This document shows, one piece after another, positions 8,915 through 19,798 of a DNA stretch of 64,000 nucleotides (positions are counted from its first letter, which is position 1; each line of letters begins with the position of its first letter). Both the position numbers and the translations under genes were made by a program. Under the pieces are notes generated by a model that was given only the letters and a program-made list of their open reading frames with translations, had not been told where the DNA came from and made no database searches. Origin of the DNA: an uncultured Chlamydiae bacterium (GTDB lineage Bacteria; Chlamydiota; Chlamydiia; Chlamydiales; JAJFMB01). The stretch is from assembly GCA_963696295.1 (NCBI GenBank), contig CAVOJR010000001.1:1216001-1280000 (forward strand), given 5' to 3'.

Positions 8915-10059
8915 AGGCTATGGAAAAAGGAAGCGCCCTGGGGGCCACATTATTAATCACGGGGTGCTGCATCGGAGCGGGCATGATCGGCTTGCCGGTG
9001 GTGAGCGCCATGGCGGGTTTCATCCCCTCCACTTTAGCCATGCTCCTTTGCTATGGCTTTGCGACCGGAACCGGCTTGCTGATTCTGGAAGCGACCTTAT
9101 GGTTCGATCAGCGAGTCAATCTCATCTCAATGGCCGACTTTGCCCTGGGAAGAGCCGGCAAAGCGCTCACCTGGTTCCTCTTTCTCTTTCTTTTCTACTG
9201 CCTGTTCGTCGCCTACATAGACGGGGGCGGACAATTGTTTGCCAAGTTCTTCTCCGTCCCAAGGGAGATCGGGGTGCTGATGTGCGTTAGTTTCGTCGGC
9301 GCGGTGGTTTATGGTGGAACGAGAGCGGTCAGCGGCGTCTGCCGGCTGCTGCTCTTCGGCTCGGCCCTCTCCTACCTCGCCATGCTCTCTTTGGGCCTGC
9401 CGCATGTCCAGGGGCAGCGGCTGCTCTATGCCGATTGGAGCGCAACCCTGGCCACTTTGCCTATCTTGCTGGTCTGTTTCGGATACCAAAATCTGATCCC
9501 GACTCTGACCTACTACACGCAGAAAAACATCAAGGCGCTCCGCACGGCGATTTTTGTCGGGAACCTGATCCCTTTTCTCATTTATTTCCTCTGGAATTTC
9601 GTCATTCTGGGTCTGCTCCCTCAGGGAATTGCCTGCGAGAGCCATATGGTGACAGGGCTGCTCGAAAAGGCCTCCGAATCGGAGTCAGTCCTTTTCTTCG
9701 CGATAGCCTTTTCCTTCTGCGCTATTTTGACTCCCTTCATCGCCAACACGCTCACTTTTGTCGATTTTCTCAAAGACGGCCTAAAAACCTCCAAGGAGCT
9801 GGCCATTTATGGCCTAGTCCTGATCCCGCCGACGCTGCTAACCCTCTTCTACCCCAATCTCTTTTTGAAAGCTCTTGGCATCGCGGGGGGATTTGCCGAT
9901 GTGATTTTATTCGGCCTCCTGCCGGTATCGATCGTGTGGATCGGCCGCTATCATAAAAACGCGAAAGGGCCTTTCACGGCACCGGGGGGAAAACTCTTTT
10001 TGATCATCGTCCTCCTCTTTTCCCTGGGCTTTCTTTTTATAAGGAGTCCGCTATGTTAA
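8911..10059 (+). CDS. tyrP: Aromatic amino acid permease (HAAAP, TyrP/Mtr family)
   Basis: [20 protein letters not shown]-terminal motif, about 11 TM segments, [10 protein letters not shown]; lies within the trp operon. Confidence 0.8.
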   Translation: MKAMEKGSALGATLLITGCCIGAGMIGLPVVSAMAGFIPSTLAMLLCYGFATGTGLLILEATLWFDQRVNLISMADFALGRAGKALTWFLFLFLFYCLFVAYIDGGGQLFAKFFSVPREIGVLMCVSFVGAVVYGGTRAVSGVCRLLLFGSALSYLAMLSLGLPHVQGQRLLYADWSATLATLPILLVCFGYQNLIPTLTYYTQKNIKALRTAIFVGNLIPFLIYFLWNFVILGLLPQGIACESHMVTGLLEKASESESVLFFAIAFSFCAILTPFIANTLTFVDFLKDGLKTSKELAIYGLVLIPPTLLTLFYPNLFLKALGIAGGFADVILFGLLPVSIVWIGRYHKNAKGPFTAPGGKLFLIIVLLFSLGFLFIRSPLC

Positions 10060-11036
10060 AACTGCTGATGGAAAAGCCCTCCTTGACGCGGGATGAAGCG
10101 GAATCGGCTATGACGACAATTTTGGAAGAGGCCGACCCGCATCAGACGGCTGCTTTTCTCGCCATTTTAAAGTACCGGGGCGAAACGCCGGCAGAGATCG
10201 CGGGGATGGCAGCGGCTTTGCAAAAAAAAGCGGTGCCCGTGAATCTCCCTCAGCCCACTTTAGACATTGTCGGCACGGGGGGCGATATGGCCAATACGGT
10301 CAATATTTCCACCGGCTCCGCCCTCCTGGCTGCCGCCTGCGGCATCCCGGTGGCAAAGCATGGCAACCGCTCCGCTTCGAGCCGAAGCGGCTCCGCCGAT
10401 GTCCTGGAAGCCTTAGGGGTTAAAATTGAGATCCCGCCGGAACAATTGGGGCGCTGTCTTGAGGAAATGAGCCTCGCTTTTATGTTTGCTCCCGCTTATC
10501 ACCCTGCCTTAAAAAAAATGGCGCCGATCAGAAAAGGGCTTAAATACCCAACCGTTTTTAATATTTTGGGCCCGCTGCTTAATCCGGCGAGGTCGGAGTA
10601 TGCATTAATTGGCGTGGCGAGCGAGCCTGTCCTGGAGCGGATGAGCGAGGTCATTTTACAGATGGGGGATAAAAAAAGGGTCCTCCTTTTTCACGGGTGC
10701 GGCCTGGATGAATTGACGCCTCTTGGAAAAATGATAGCCTACGACATCAAAGGAGGGCAAAGGAGACGCTTCGAGATTGACCCGGAGTCCTTGGGTTTTT
10801 CCCTCTGCACCCTGAAGGAGCTGCAAGGGGGAGACGCAAAAGCAAACGCGGCTATTTTGAGCGAGGTTTTTGCCGGCGGCCAGGGGGCCGTGGCCGACGC
10901 TCTGATTTTTAACGCCGGAGCCGCCGTCTGGATTTTCGGCGCGGCCCCCACTTTAAATGAGGGCATTCAAAAGGCGCGCCAAGTCCAGCAGGAGGGAGGA
11001 GCGCTCAAAATTCTGGAAAAATGGAGGGCCCTATGA
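10053..11036 (+). CDS. trpD: Anthranilate phosphoribosyltransferase
   Basis: DIVGTGGD, NISTG, VAKHGNRS, GSADVLEALG, GLDEL. Confidence 0.95.
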   Translation: MLKLLMEKPSLTRDEAESAMTTILEEADPHQTAAFLAILKYRGETPAEIAGMAAALQKKAVPVNLPQPTLDIVGTGGDMANTVNISTGSALLAAACGIPVAKHGNRSASSRSGSADVLEALGVKIEIPPEQLGRCLEEMSLAFMFAPAYHPALKKMAPIRKGLKYPTVFNILGPLLNPARSEYALIGVASEPVLERMSEVILQMGDKKRVLLFHGCGLDELTPLGKMIAYDIKGGQRRRFEIDPESLGFSLCTLKELQGGDAKANAAILSEVFAGGQGAVADALIFNAGAAVWIFGAAPTLNEGIQKARQVQQEGGALKILEKWRAL

Positions 11037-11812
11037 CTTATCTGGATAAAATTTTGCACGAGAAAAAGCAGGAAGTGGCGCGGTTGATAAAAACTCAAAT
11101 TCCGGCAGAGTCCCGCGCACCGCGCTGCCGCTTTTCTGACGCGCTGAAAGGCCCAGGTTTAGCGGTCATCGGCGAGGTGAAACGGCGCTCGCCCACTTTA
11201 GGGGAGATCCGGGCCATAGAGGATCCGCTGGAGCTCGCCTTAACCTATTGCCAAGGGGGTGCCTCAGCCATTTCCGTTTTGACCGACTCGCAAGGCTTTG
11301 GAGGCTCTTTGGAGGATTTGAGCCGGGTGGCCGGCATTAGAGCGAAATACCCGAAAGCGGCGCTATTAAGGAAAGATTTTATCATTCATCCTGTGCAGCT
11401 CTCTGAAGCGGTCCTGGCCGGCGCAGATGCGGTGCTTCTAATTGCCCATGCGATAGGTAAGGACTTAAAAAATCTGCTGCAGGAGGCCAGACGCCTTGGC
11501 CTCGAAGTGTTGACTGAAGTGCACGATTTCACCGATCTGGAATTAGCCCTGGAGGCCGAAGCGCCTATCATCGGCATCAATCACCGCAATCTCGCCACTT
11601 TCGAAATCGATCTTGCCATTTCGGAAAAGCTGATCCCATTGATTCCCAAAGGGGTTATCACGGTAGCCGAATCGGGCATCCATGAGCCTCAGCAGGCCAG
11701 GCATATGCGCGCTCTTGGGTTTGACGCCATCTTAGTCGGCGAAGCGCTTGTACGCTCCTCCGATCCCGCCAAACTCATCAAACAGATGAAAGGGGAAAAC
11801 GATGATCGTTAA
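11033..11812 (+). CDS. trpC: Indole-3-glycerol phosphate synthase
   Basis: EVKRRSPT, ISVLTD, LRKDFII, GINHRNL, ESGI; ATG overlaps the trpD stop (ATGA). Confidence 0.95.
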   Translation: MTYLDKILHEKKQEVARLIKTQIPAESRAPRCRFSDALKGPGLAVIGEVKRRSPTLGEIRAIEDPLELALTYCQGGASAISVLTDSQGFGGSLEDLSRVAGIRAKYPKAALLRKDFIIHPVQLSEAVLAGADAVLLIAHAIGKDLKNLLQEARRLGLEVLTEVHDFTDLELALEAEAPIIGINHRNLATFEIDLAISEKLIPLIPKGVITVAESGIHEPQQARHMRALGFDAILVGEALVRSSDPAKLIKQMKGENDDR

Positions 11813-12377
11813 AATTTGCGGAGTGACCCATCCGGAGGATGCCAAAGCCGCCGCGCAGTTTGGAGCCGATTTTATCGGCATGATTTTCTTCGCCGGCTCA
11901 AAACGGAATGTCTCTATCCCTGAAGCCGCACAGATTGCCAAAGCCGCGAAAGAGGCCGGCGCGGAGCCGGTAGGGGTTTTTGTGGATCAATCAGCCGGGC
12001 AGATCGCCGCTGTTTGCGAACAGACGGGCATAGAAAGAATTCAGCTGCATGGAACATCCCGTCAAGCGCTGACAGATCTTCAGGAGCGCTTTGCGGTCAT
12101 TTACGCAGTTTCAGAAGAAGTTCCCCCGACAGTGACCCTCCTGTACGATCCATCGCAAGGGACGGGCCGCACTTTCGACTGGAAGGCCTTTACTCCCCCA
12201 AAAGGGAGAATCTGGATGCTGGCCGGCGGCCTGACTCCTGACAATGTGGGAGAGGCCATTCGTCTATTGAAACCAAACGGCGTGGATGTCGCCACCGGGG
12301 TGGAGTTTCCCCATACCTTAAGGAAAGACCCGAATTTAGTCCAAGCCTTCATCCGGGCGATAAAGGAGAATCTATGA
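11802..12377 (+). CDS. trpF: Phosphoribosylanthranilate isomerase
   Basis: [38 protein letters not shown]. Confidence 0.95.
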   Translation: MIVKICGVTHPEDAKAAAQFGADFIGMIFFAGSKRNVSIPEAAQIAKAAKEAGAEPVGVFVDQSAGQIAAVCEQTGIERIQLHGTSRQALTDLQERFAVIYAVSEEVPPTVTLLYDPSQGTGRTFDWKAFTPPKGRIWMLAGGLTPDNVGEAIRLLKPNGVDVATGVEFPHTLRKDPNLVQAFIRAIKENL

Positions 12378-13522
12378 ACCACCCTTACCCCTTCGGCGGG
12401 CAATTTATGCCGGAAATTTTAATGACTCCGATTCAGAATTTGAGCGAAAATTGGGAGGCGCTGCGAAGTCAAAGGGACTTTCAGGAGGAGCTCGATTTCC
12501 TTTTAAAACACTATGCCGGCAGGCCAACGCCCTTGACCGAAGTGAAAAATTTCGCGCGAGCCATTGACGGCCCCCGCGTGTTTCTCAAGCGGGAAGATCT
12601 GCTGCACACCGGCGCGCATAAAATCAATAACGCGCTCGGCCAATGCCTGCTCGCGAAAAGGCTTGGCAAGGAGCGCATCATCGCCGAAACGGGCGCGGGC
12701 CAGCACGGCGTGGCCACCGCGACCGCCTGCGCCTATTTGGGCCTCAAGTGCGTCGTGTACATGGGGCAAACAGATATCGTGCGGCAAAAGCCGAATGTGG
12801 ACAAAATGCACCTCCTGGGCGCGCAAATCGTCCCCGTCACCCAAGGATCGGCGACTTTAAAAGACGCGATCAACGAAGCGCTGCGCGACTGGTCCGCCCA
12901 TTACGAATCTTCCCATTACTGCCTCGGATCGGCCCTGGGGCCTGCTCCCTATCCGGAAATGGTGCGCGCTTTTCAGTCGGTGATCAGCCTGGAAATAAAA
13001 AATCAGATGGAGAGCGCTCCCGATCTGCTCATCGCCTGTGTGGGAGGAGGATCCAACGCGATCGGTTTCTTCCACCACTTTATTGCCGATAAAGAGGTGA
13101 AGCTCGTCGGCGTTGAGGCGGGCGGCCTTGGCATCGCCTCCAAAAAGCATGCGGCCCGCTTTTCCGGCGGCAGCCCCGGCGTGCTCCACGGCTGCTACAC
13201 CTACCTCTTACAAGATGAGGAGGGGCAGATTCTGCCCACCCATTCGGTATCGGCCGGCCTCGATTATCCGGCGGTGGGTCCCGACCACGCCGCCTTATAT
13301 GAATCGGGGCGCGCCTCTTATGCCACCGTCACGGACAGCGAAGCCCTGGAGGCCTTTCACCTCCTGGCGCGCGTGGAAGGGATCATCCCGGCGCTGGAAT
13401 CGAGCCACGCTTTAGCCTATCTCATGAAGATAGCGCCGGAACTCCCCAAGAAGAGCCTGGTGATCGTTAATCTGTCGGGCAGGGGAGATAAAGATTTAGC
13501 CCAAGTTTTGGAGGAAAAATGA
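12374..13522 (+). CDS. trpB: Tryptophan synthase beta chain
   Basis: [16 protein letters not shown] (PLP lysine), [26 protein letters not shown]. Confidence 0.97.
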   Translation: MNHPYPFGGQFMPEILMTPIQNLSENWEALRSQRDFQEELDFLLKHYAGRPTPLTEVKNFARAIDGPRVFLKREDLLHTGAHKINNALGQCLLAKRLGKERIIAETGAGQHGVATATACAYLGLKCVVYMGQTDIVRQKPNVDKMHLLGAQIVPVTQGSATLKDAINEALRDWSAHYESSHYCLGSALGPAPYPEMVRAFQSVISLEIKNQMESAPDLLIACVGGGSNAIGFFHHFIADKEVKLVGVEAGGLGIASKKHAARFSGGSPGVLHGCYTYLLQDEEGQILPTHSVSAGLDYPAVGPDHAALYESGRASYATVTDSEALEAFHLLARVEGIIPALESSHALAYLMKIAPELPKKSLVIVNLSGRGDKDLAQVLEEK

Positions 13523-14259
13523 GTTTTGTCGGATTTGTCGTTGGAGGGGATGGCGGCGAGGATTATTGCGTCGAGTGCTGCCTGCAGCTCATTGAGGGGG
13601 GCATTGATATTCTGGAGATCGGCTTCCCCTTTTCCGATCCGGTGGCCGACGGCCCGGTGATCCAGCGCGCCTCGGAAAGGGCCTTAAAGGGAGGCGCGAA
13701 TGGAGCGACCCTCTTAAGAATTGCCGCCCGCATCAGGGAAAAGAGCGCTATCCCCCTGATTTTGTTCACCTACTATAACCCCTTGTTAAAAAAAGGGGAC
13801 GGCTACTTAAAAGAACTTAAAGCCGCCGGCTACGATGCCATCCTCGTCGTCGACCTGCCGCCGCCCAAGGAGAAGCACCACCCCTATTTTGACGCCTTAG
13901 AAGCCGCCGGCCTCTACCCCATCTTTTTAGTCACCCCGTCGACGGACGACCAGCGCCTCACTCAGATCGGGGAAATCGCGCAAGGCTTCCTCTATTACGC
14001 CTGCCAGAAAGGGACCACCGGCGTCAGAGACAAGCTGCCGGAGGATTTTTCCCTGCAAATCTCCCGCATCAGGCAAAAAACCAACCTGCCGATTGCCGCC
14101 GGCTTCGGCATAGCCAATCGGGCCAATGCCAAAGAGGCCTTGCAGGCGGCTGACGCCTTTGTGGTGGGTTCAGCCTTTGTGAAATTGATGGAGCAGCGGG
14201 TAAAGCCGCAAGAATTAAAACGGCTGGCTCAAGATATCGATCCCAGGGGGAAAGCATGA
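13519..14259 (+). CDS. trpA: Tryptophan synthase alpha chain (short N-terminus)
   Basis: [18 protein letters not shown] with catalytic Glu/Asp, GTTG, GFGI, VVGSA. Confidence 0.95.
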   Translation: MSFVGFVVGGDGGEDYCVECCLQLIEGGIDILEIGFPFSDPVADGPVIQRASERALKGGANGATLLRIAARIREKSAIPLILFTYYNPLLKKGDGYLKELKAAGYDAILVVDLPPPKEKHHPYFDALEAAGLYPIFLVTPSTDDQRLTQIGEIAQGFLYYACQKGTTGVRDKLPEDFSLQISRIRQKTNLPIAAGFGIANRANAKEALQAADAFVVGSAFVKLMEQRVKPQELKRLAQDIDPRGKA

Positions 14260-15473
14260 AAAGAGCCCTTGAAATGGACGCTGAAGACCCCTTAAAAGAG
14301 TTCAGAGACCGCTTTGCCCTGCCCGGCGGCATCTACCTCTGCAACAATTCTTTGGGCCTTCCGCCAAAATCTGCCTTCACGAAGATGCAGGCACAGATGG
14401 AGCGGTGGCAGACGCATGGCGTGGAAGGGTGGTTTCAAGGGGATTCGAACTGGTATAACTTCGATCAGTCGATCAAAAAGCCGCTGTCCCGCCTGCTAGG
14501 AGCGAAATTTGACGAAGTCGCCGCCATGCATAGCCTTACGGCCAATTTGCATTTGCTCCTGGTTTCCTTTTATCAGCCAACGAAAGAGCGATTTAAGATA
14601 TTGATCGAAGGGCCCATTTTTCCATCAGACTTGTACGCCCTCAAAAGCCGCATCGCACAGCTGGGCCTCGATCCGCAAAAATGTTTGCGCATCGTAGAAC
14701 CTCTCCAGGGGGAGCACTGTTTGAGGCAAGAGGAAATAGAGCGGGTGATCGAAGAAGAGGGCGCATCCATTGCCCTGCTTTTTTTCAGCGGCGTTAATTT
14801 TCTGACCGGCCAGGTGCTTGATATGGAGAGAATCGCCCTGCTCGCTCAAAATCAGGGGTGCACCGTCGGCTACGACCTCGCCCACGCCGCCGGAAATATC
14901 CCTTTACGCCTGCACGACTGGGGCGTCGATTTTGCCGTGGGATGCTCCTACAAGTATCTTTGCAGCGGACCGGGCGGTCCGGGCATCGCCTTCGTCCATG
15001 AAAAGCACCATCAAAAAGCCCTGCCGCGCCTCAGCGGCTGGTGGGGAAACGACCCAAAAACCCGCTTTCAAATGCAGCTGCAGCCCGAATTTATCCCCTA
15101 TGGCGGCGCCGCCGGCTGGCAATTGAGCACCCCTTCGATTTTGGCCCTGACGCCCCTTTTAGCCTCTTTAGAAATATATGAAGAGGCCGGGATCGATCGT
15201 CTGCGCGAGAAGTCGGAGCGGCAAACCGCCTATTTATTGGAATTGCTCGACCCCTCAAAAACGGTAGTGATTACTCCCAGGGATCCCCGTCAGCGCGGCA
15301 GCCAGCTCTCTTTGCTTTTCCCCGATGCGGAAAAACATTTGCGCCGGCTGGAAAAAAAGGGGATAATTTGCGATTTCCGGCCCCCCAATATCATCCGGGT
15401 GACCCCTTCGCCTCTCTACAATACCTACCATGAGATCTACAGGTTTGCAGAGGTGTTATGTTCTGAATTTTGA
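14256..15473 (+). CDS. kynU: Kynureninase
   Basis: YLCNNSLG, FPSDLYA, DLAHAAGN, DFAVGCSYKYLCSGPG (PLP lysine), GWWG, RGSQLS, SPLYN. Confidence 0.93.
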   Translation: MKRALEMDAEDPLKEFRDRFALPGGIYLCNNSLGLPPKSAFTKMQAQMERWQTHGVEGWFQGDSNWYNFDQSIKKPLSRLLGAKFDEVAAMHSLTANLHLLLVSFYQPTKERFKILIEGPIFPSDLYALKSRIAQLGLDPQKCLRIVEPLQGEHCLRQEEIERVIEEEGASIALLFFSGVNFLTGQVLDMERIALLAQNQGCTVGYDLAHAAGNIPLRLHDWGVDFAVGCSYKYLCSGPGGPGIAFVHEKHHQKALPRLSGWWGNDPKTRFQMQLQPEFIPYGGAAGWQLSTPSILALTPLLASLEIYEEAGIDRLREKSERQTAYLLELLDPSKTVVITPRDPRQRGSQLSLLFPDAEKHLRRLEKKGIICDFRPPNIIRVTPSPLYNTYHEIYRFAEVLCSEF

Positions 15474-17141
15474 ACGGATGAGGACCTCTTTGCCTTCAAA
15501 GGCAAAGCCGAGATACAAAATTTGGGTTATACCCCGGTCAAGCAGTTCTTGAGCATACTCTCTATCTTCAATTTGTTTCAGAGCGGAAAGAACGGCTGTT
15601 TCCAGATCGATCTTCTCAAATCGGCCGATTTTCTTAAATTCCATGATGATGCCCAGATCCTTTGAATTTTTAGGGATGAGCATCACATCATATCTACCAT
15701 ACCCGCTTTCCCGGTTAGACTTCACTTCATATCGATCTTTGAGCCCTACCAGCATTCCCAAAACAAACGCGTGATAAATCTTCTCCGATTCTTCCAAAGG
15801 CACATCAAAAACACTCACAGACGATATCATGAATTCCTGAAAAAGTTGAGAAAAAGTATCGATATCCCCCTTTGTCAGGCTGCTTAGAAGCAAGTGATAA
15901 TTATTTTCATGAATTCCTGTCTTAAACCAGTCTAAAATTATCTTTTGATATAATTCACTCACTTCCCTGTTGGGAATGCGCAAACGGCAAGGAATGCCGT
16001 AGACAGGAGTGTTGTCAATCGTCACATATCCGCTATAAAGAAGTAAGGACCATATGGCATCAGGACTTTTGTCAAGGTCTGGAAATACAATACCCTCCTC
16101 AATCGTTTTTTCCACAAAACCGCCTCTAAGAAGTTCTTCGATATCGGCTTTCAAGTCATTTGTTCCTTTAGAGATGAGATGTTTCATGAGAGCATTATCG
16201 CTAGTATTGACCCAATAAGGAGATAAAGTGCCGTTATTATGAATGCAAAATAAAACGGACCAGGGATTATGTATTCCCGGGCAAGATCCAAAACGGTAGC
16301 CATCGTACCACTCACTTATTTCAGAAAATTTATGGGAGAGACCCCTATGTTCAAGAAGCGCCTTTACTTCCGGTTCCACCCATCCGAATTGATCTTGAAA
16401 ATTCTCATTCAGGATTGTAAAGGTGCTGATATTATTCAAACCTGAAAAGACGCTTTCCTTGGCAATACGGAGTATTCCAGTGAGAACACCCCTTTCTAAA
16501 TAGATATTATCTTTCAAACCGGCTGAGAGCCAATTCCGGATAAAATTAATAAATGTATTGTAATATTTTCCAATATAAGCGGAATGAGCCGGTGTATCAT
16601 ACTCATCAATCAGGAGAATGACCTTCTTTTTGTGGTAGCGATGCAGCCATTCTGTAAGAAGATGAAGACTTTGTTCGACAAAAATAACCCCATCTTCTTC
16701 AAAACAAATTTTATTATAAAGCCTTTGTTCACTTTCATCCAGAATATCCAAAATATAGCGATTCCGTTTAAATTCATTGGAGATGACATTGCGCAAAGCT
16801 TCAAAAGTTTCCTCCCAAGAGACGTGTTTCACATCTTTAAGCGTGATAAAAACAACGGGAAACTGCCCCTGCATGGCTCTGTATTTTTCATTTTTCCAAA
16901 TATTCAATTCCTTGAACAAATAGCTCGTATCTTCGGCGCTTTTTTCAAAAAAATAACGCAGCATAGAAAGGTTCAAGGTCTTGCCAAAACGGCGCGGACG
17001 AGGGATGAGGGCAACATGTGTCCCTTTTTCAACAACCTCTTGAATAAAAAGAGTTTTATCGATATAGGCATAGCCTCCATCAATCAAAGTTTTGAAATCG
17101 CTGATTCCTATAGGGAGTGGTTTTTTTGCCGTATTTTCCAC
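15456..17141 (-). CDS. AAA-ATPase-like protein fused to a PD-(D/E)XK nuclease domain
   Basis: LPIGISDF, YIDKT, RPRRFGKT Walker A, LLIDEYD Walker B, SNRESGYGRYDVML...IMEFK nuclease motif; AT-rich relative to its flanks. Confidence 0.88.
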   Translation of the reverse strand: MENTAKKPLPIGISDFKTLIDGGYAYIDKTLFIQEVVEKGTHVALIPRPRRFGKTLNLSMLRYFFEKSAEDTSYLFKELNIWKNEKYRAMQGQFPVVFITLKDVKHVSWEETFEALRNVISNEFKRNRYILDILDESEQRLYNKICFEEDGVIFVEQSLHLLTEWLHRYHKKKVILLIDEYDTPAHSAYIGKYYNTFINFIRNWLSAGLKDNIYLERGVLTGILRIAKESVFSGLNNISTFTILNENFQDQFGWVEPEVKALLEHRGLSHKFSEISEWYDGYRFGSCPGIHNPWSVLFCIHNNGTLSPYWVNTSDNALMKHLISKGTNDLKADIEELLRGGFVEKTIEEGIVFPDLDKSPDAIWSLLLYSGYVTIDNTPVYGIPCRLRIPNREVSELYQKIILDWFKTGIHENNYHLLLSSLTKGDIDTFSQLFQEFMISSVSVFDVPLEESEKIYHAFVLGMLVGLKDRYEVKSNRESGYGRYDVMLIPKNSKDLGIIMEFKKIGRFEKIDLETAVLSALKQIEDREYAQELLDRGITQILYLGFAFEGKEVLIRSKFRT

Positions 17142-17184
17142 AAAACCTCCAAAGGATAAACATACCCATTTTGAAGTAAAATTT

Positions 17185-18333
17185 CTATGAAATTATGGCA
17201 CAGCCAAAGCCGCCGTCCAGGCCATCCCGCGTGGGCAAAAGGGTCTGCATGGCGCGGACAGTCAGGGAATGCCTGGCGGCCATTTCCTCGATGAAGGCCT
17301 CGTTTTCCTCCCTCAATATGCTGCAGGTCATGTACCAGATCTCGCCCGAGGAGAGCTGCAGGGCGTGCTCGAAAAGTTTTGTTTGCTGCCTGCGCAGAGC
17401 CGAAAGCTCCTGCTCGCTTAAGCGCCACCTGGCCTCGGGGCGCTTGCGCAGCACCCCGCTATTGCTGCAGGGCACGTCCAGGAGGATTAAATCGAACTTC
17501 CCATCCGTGGGGTACTCCTCGCCAAGCCCGGTGGTCAGGGAGGCTTTTATGCCATACTTGAGGAGGTTTTCCTTCAGGCGGCTGATTTTTTGCTCGGAAA
17601 CGTCATTGGCAAAAAGCCTGGTTTCGGGGTAGAGGTCGTGCGCGGCTATCAGTTTTCCGCCGGGTGAGGCGCAGAGGTCGAGAATCCGCTTGGGCTTATT
17701 GGCCGTTTTCAAAAATTCCATCAGCCGAAAGGGCGTCTCATTTTGAATGTAGTAATCGGGAGAATTGGCCACCTTCTGAATCTCATCAACCCTGATGATG
17801 GTTTGATCCGAACGCCTGCGCGCCATCCAGACAGGGGTCTGATTGCCGATATCGAGGATCTCAAGGGCCGTTTCCCTCCCCCGCTCCTCGATCAGCCGCT
17901 CCACAAAATAGGGAGGATAGGAATAAAAGACGCTCTCATCATCCTCCGGCAAAGCCACCGCTTTCATTTTCCGGAGCAGCGCGTTCAAAAACCTGGCAAA
18001 ATAGGAGCCGCAGTATTTTTTGGCAAGCTCCATGCTCTCATTGACGATGGCGTAATCAGGCACGCGGTCCATGAAGTAGTGTTGATAAAGGGCCGTGCGA
18101 AGCAGGGCGCGCTCCTTTCTTTTTAAATTGAGCTTCCCTTCGTTCAAACTATCGGCAATATAATCCAAACTCAACGCCCTTTTGGCGGATCCATAGGCGA
18201 TCTCACGGGCGAGGCCCGCATCTTTTTGGTCCGGGTTCTGCTCCGCGATCCAGCGGTTAAGGCTATCCTGCAGATAACACTCTTCTCTTAGAGAAGCTAA
18301 AAGGGCTGTGTAGGCAATTTCTCTCGGATTCAA
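17185..18333 (-). CDS. rsmB: 16S rRNA m5C methyltransferase RsmB/Sun with NusB-like N-domain
   Basis: NusB-like N-terminus (AIVNES, FLNALLR), LDLCASPGGK, LDVPCSNSG, YMTCS. Confidence 0.85.
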   Translation of the reverse strand: MNPREIAYTALLASLREECYLQDSLNRWIAEQNPDQKDAGLAREIAYGSAKRALSLDYIADSLNEGKLNLKRKERALLRTALYQHYFMDRVPDYAIVNESMELAKKYCGSYFARFLNALLRKMKAVALPEDDESVFYSYPPYFVERLIEERGRETALEILDIGNQTPVWMARRRSDQTIIRVDEIQKVANSPDYYIQNETPFRLMEFLKTANKPKRILDLCASPGGKLIAAHDLYPETRLFANDVSEQKISRLKENLLKYGIKASLTTGLGEEYPTDGKFDLILLDVPCSNSGVLRKRPEARWRLSEQELSALRRQQTKLFEHALQLSSGEIWYMTCSILREENEAFIEEMAARHSLTVRAMQTLLPTRDGLDGGFGCAIIS

Positions 18334-18365
18334 GGCTAGTCACTTTTTAGCCTAAATTTACCATA

Positions 18366-19328
18366 TTATTCGAGCAAACACAAGCCGCACATAACATGGC
18401 CAGCCACATCAATGCGCGCTTCATCGCTGAAACGGCTGTGAATAAATCCCCCATGAAAATCTTTCAGGGTCTCTGTTTGCAAGGGCTCAAGAAAGGCGAG
18501 GCAGCGTTCAATCTCGCTCTCAACCCAAGGATCGCTCTTTAAATTAAGCATTTTAAGCGCGCTTCGACCATGGGCCAGCCCTTCCATATAACAGGCCACT
18601 TCCACGGTAGCCACATGATTGCCGAAGGGAGTTTGGGCGATTCTTGCATGCCTTAAGGCCGAAAAAAGTTCCTGCAGTTGATCTCCTTGCCTGTCAATCC
18701 AATGATAGAGCAGCTGAAATTGCCAGTTAAAATAAAAGGTTGCGTAATCTGACGCTATGTGCCGCTGGCGGGTGGAGAACTGATAGTCAATGCTCCGTTT
18801 GACAGCCTCTTTCCCGCGCCCGGCGGCGATGAGGCCGATCAAGGCTTCGGGCAGATAAAAGGCTTCCCCGCCCAAATCGCTCTCGCTATCGTCAAAAAAT
18901 AGGGAAAAGGAGCCGTCTGCCCGCTGCCGCTCGAGGATCCTTTCCGCTAACGGGAGGTCCCAATGATCCGGAAGAAGGGCGGGAAAAACCGATTCGCATC
19001 TCTTTAAAGCCAGCAGGAATAAACCGATGTCTCCGATATTCAGCGATCGAAACTCCCCCTTTTGATAAAGCGCGTGGTAAGCCTTGAGCGTTTTTTGAAC
19101 GACCTTCTCGAACAGGGTGGAATCAAAGGAAATTTTTCTATTTCTAAAGAATTGGACCAACTCGAGAATATCGCAGATGGTCCCCACATCCCGAATGGAA
19201 CTATGCTGGTAGGCGTAAGGATGCCGCTGATCCGGCGGATCGACATAATAAAGGCGCATCTCTTTATTGTCCGACATATACCGAAAAAAATCGGCTATGC
19301 GGAAAAGCATGGGGAGTACGACCTCCAT
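18366..19328 (-). CDS. Hypothetical protein, possible alpha/alpha-toroid fold
   Basis: Helical, ERQRADGSF (QW-repeat-like), C-terminal GGF...RIDVAGH. Confidence 0.4.
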   Translation of the reverse strand: MEVVLPMLFRIADFFRYMSDNKEMRLYYVDPPDQRHPYAYQHSSIRDVGTICDILELVQFFRNRKISFDSTLFEKVVQKTLKAYHALYQKGEFRSLNIGDIGLFLLALKRCESVFPALLPDHWDLPLAERILERQRADGSFSLFFDDSESDLGGEAFYLPEALIGLIAAGRGKEAVKRSIDYQFSTRQRHIASDYATFYFNWQFQLLYHWIDRQGDQLQELFSALRHARIAQTPFGNHVATVEVACYMEGLAHGRSALKMLNLKSDPWVESEIERCLAFLEPLQTETLKDFHGGFIHSRFSDEARIDVAGHVMCGLCLLE

Positions 19329-19329
19329 A

Positions 19330-19698
19330 TCAATTCGCGAGGCGTCTGCGCTTGTCGGTAAGCCTATCCACCGCAGCTCTCACAGCCTGGTTTTTGTCAT
19401 TACTGCCGTTCGGCTGGTTGGCGAGCTCGAGCACCAGGGCTTTTCCCTCCGGGGTTAAACTCTCGTAGATTTTTTGCATCTGGGGATTAAGCTGCTTCAG
19501 CAAGGCCTCTTCGTTGAGATAATTCTCTTTGGCCATAGTCACCGTGCTGGCATTCACTTTGGGTTTTGAAGTCATATCGTTGTTATTGTTCGCAGCTATC
19601 GCATCATCGAACTGGCATAAAAAATAGGGTTCCTGCAATTCGGCATTTATCCCCTGTGTGCCTAAGAGAATCGCGATGAGGAATGGAATTTTTTTCAT
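19330..19698 (-). CDS. Small secreted hypothetical protein
   Basis: MKKIPFLIAILLGTQGINA-E signal peptide; RBS AGGAGG upstream. Confidence 0.7.
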   Translation of the reverse strand: MKKIPFLIAILLGTQGINAELQEPYFLCQFDDAIAANNNNDMTSKPKVNASTVTMAKENYLNEEALLKQLNPQMQKIYESLTPEGKALVLELANQPNGSNDKNQAVRAAVDRLTDKRRRLAN

Positions 19699-19798
19699 AA
19701 GCCTCCTGAAGTTAAGGTTATTTTTTAATTTGCAACAATTGAGCCCTCAACGCAAGCCTTTTTTTGCGAAAAATGATCAATCCATTATACTGAAAAAC

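Noticed and set aside
8964..15126. Many alternative-frame and antisense ORFs inside the trp operon
   Set aside because: They overlap well-supported genes and are expected by chance in GC-rich coding DNA; no motifs
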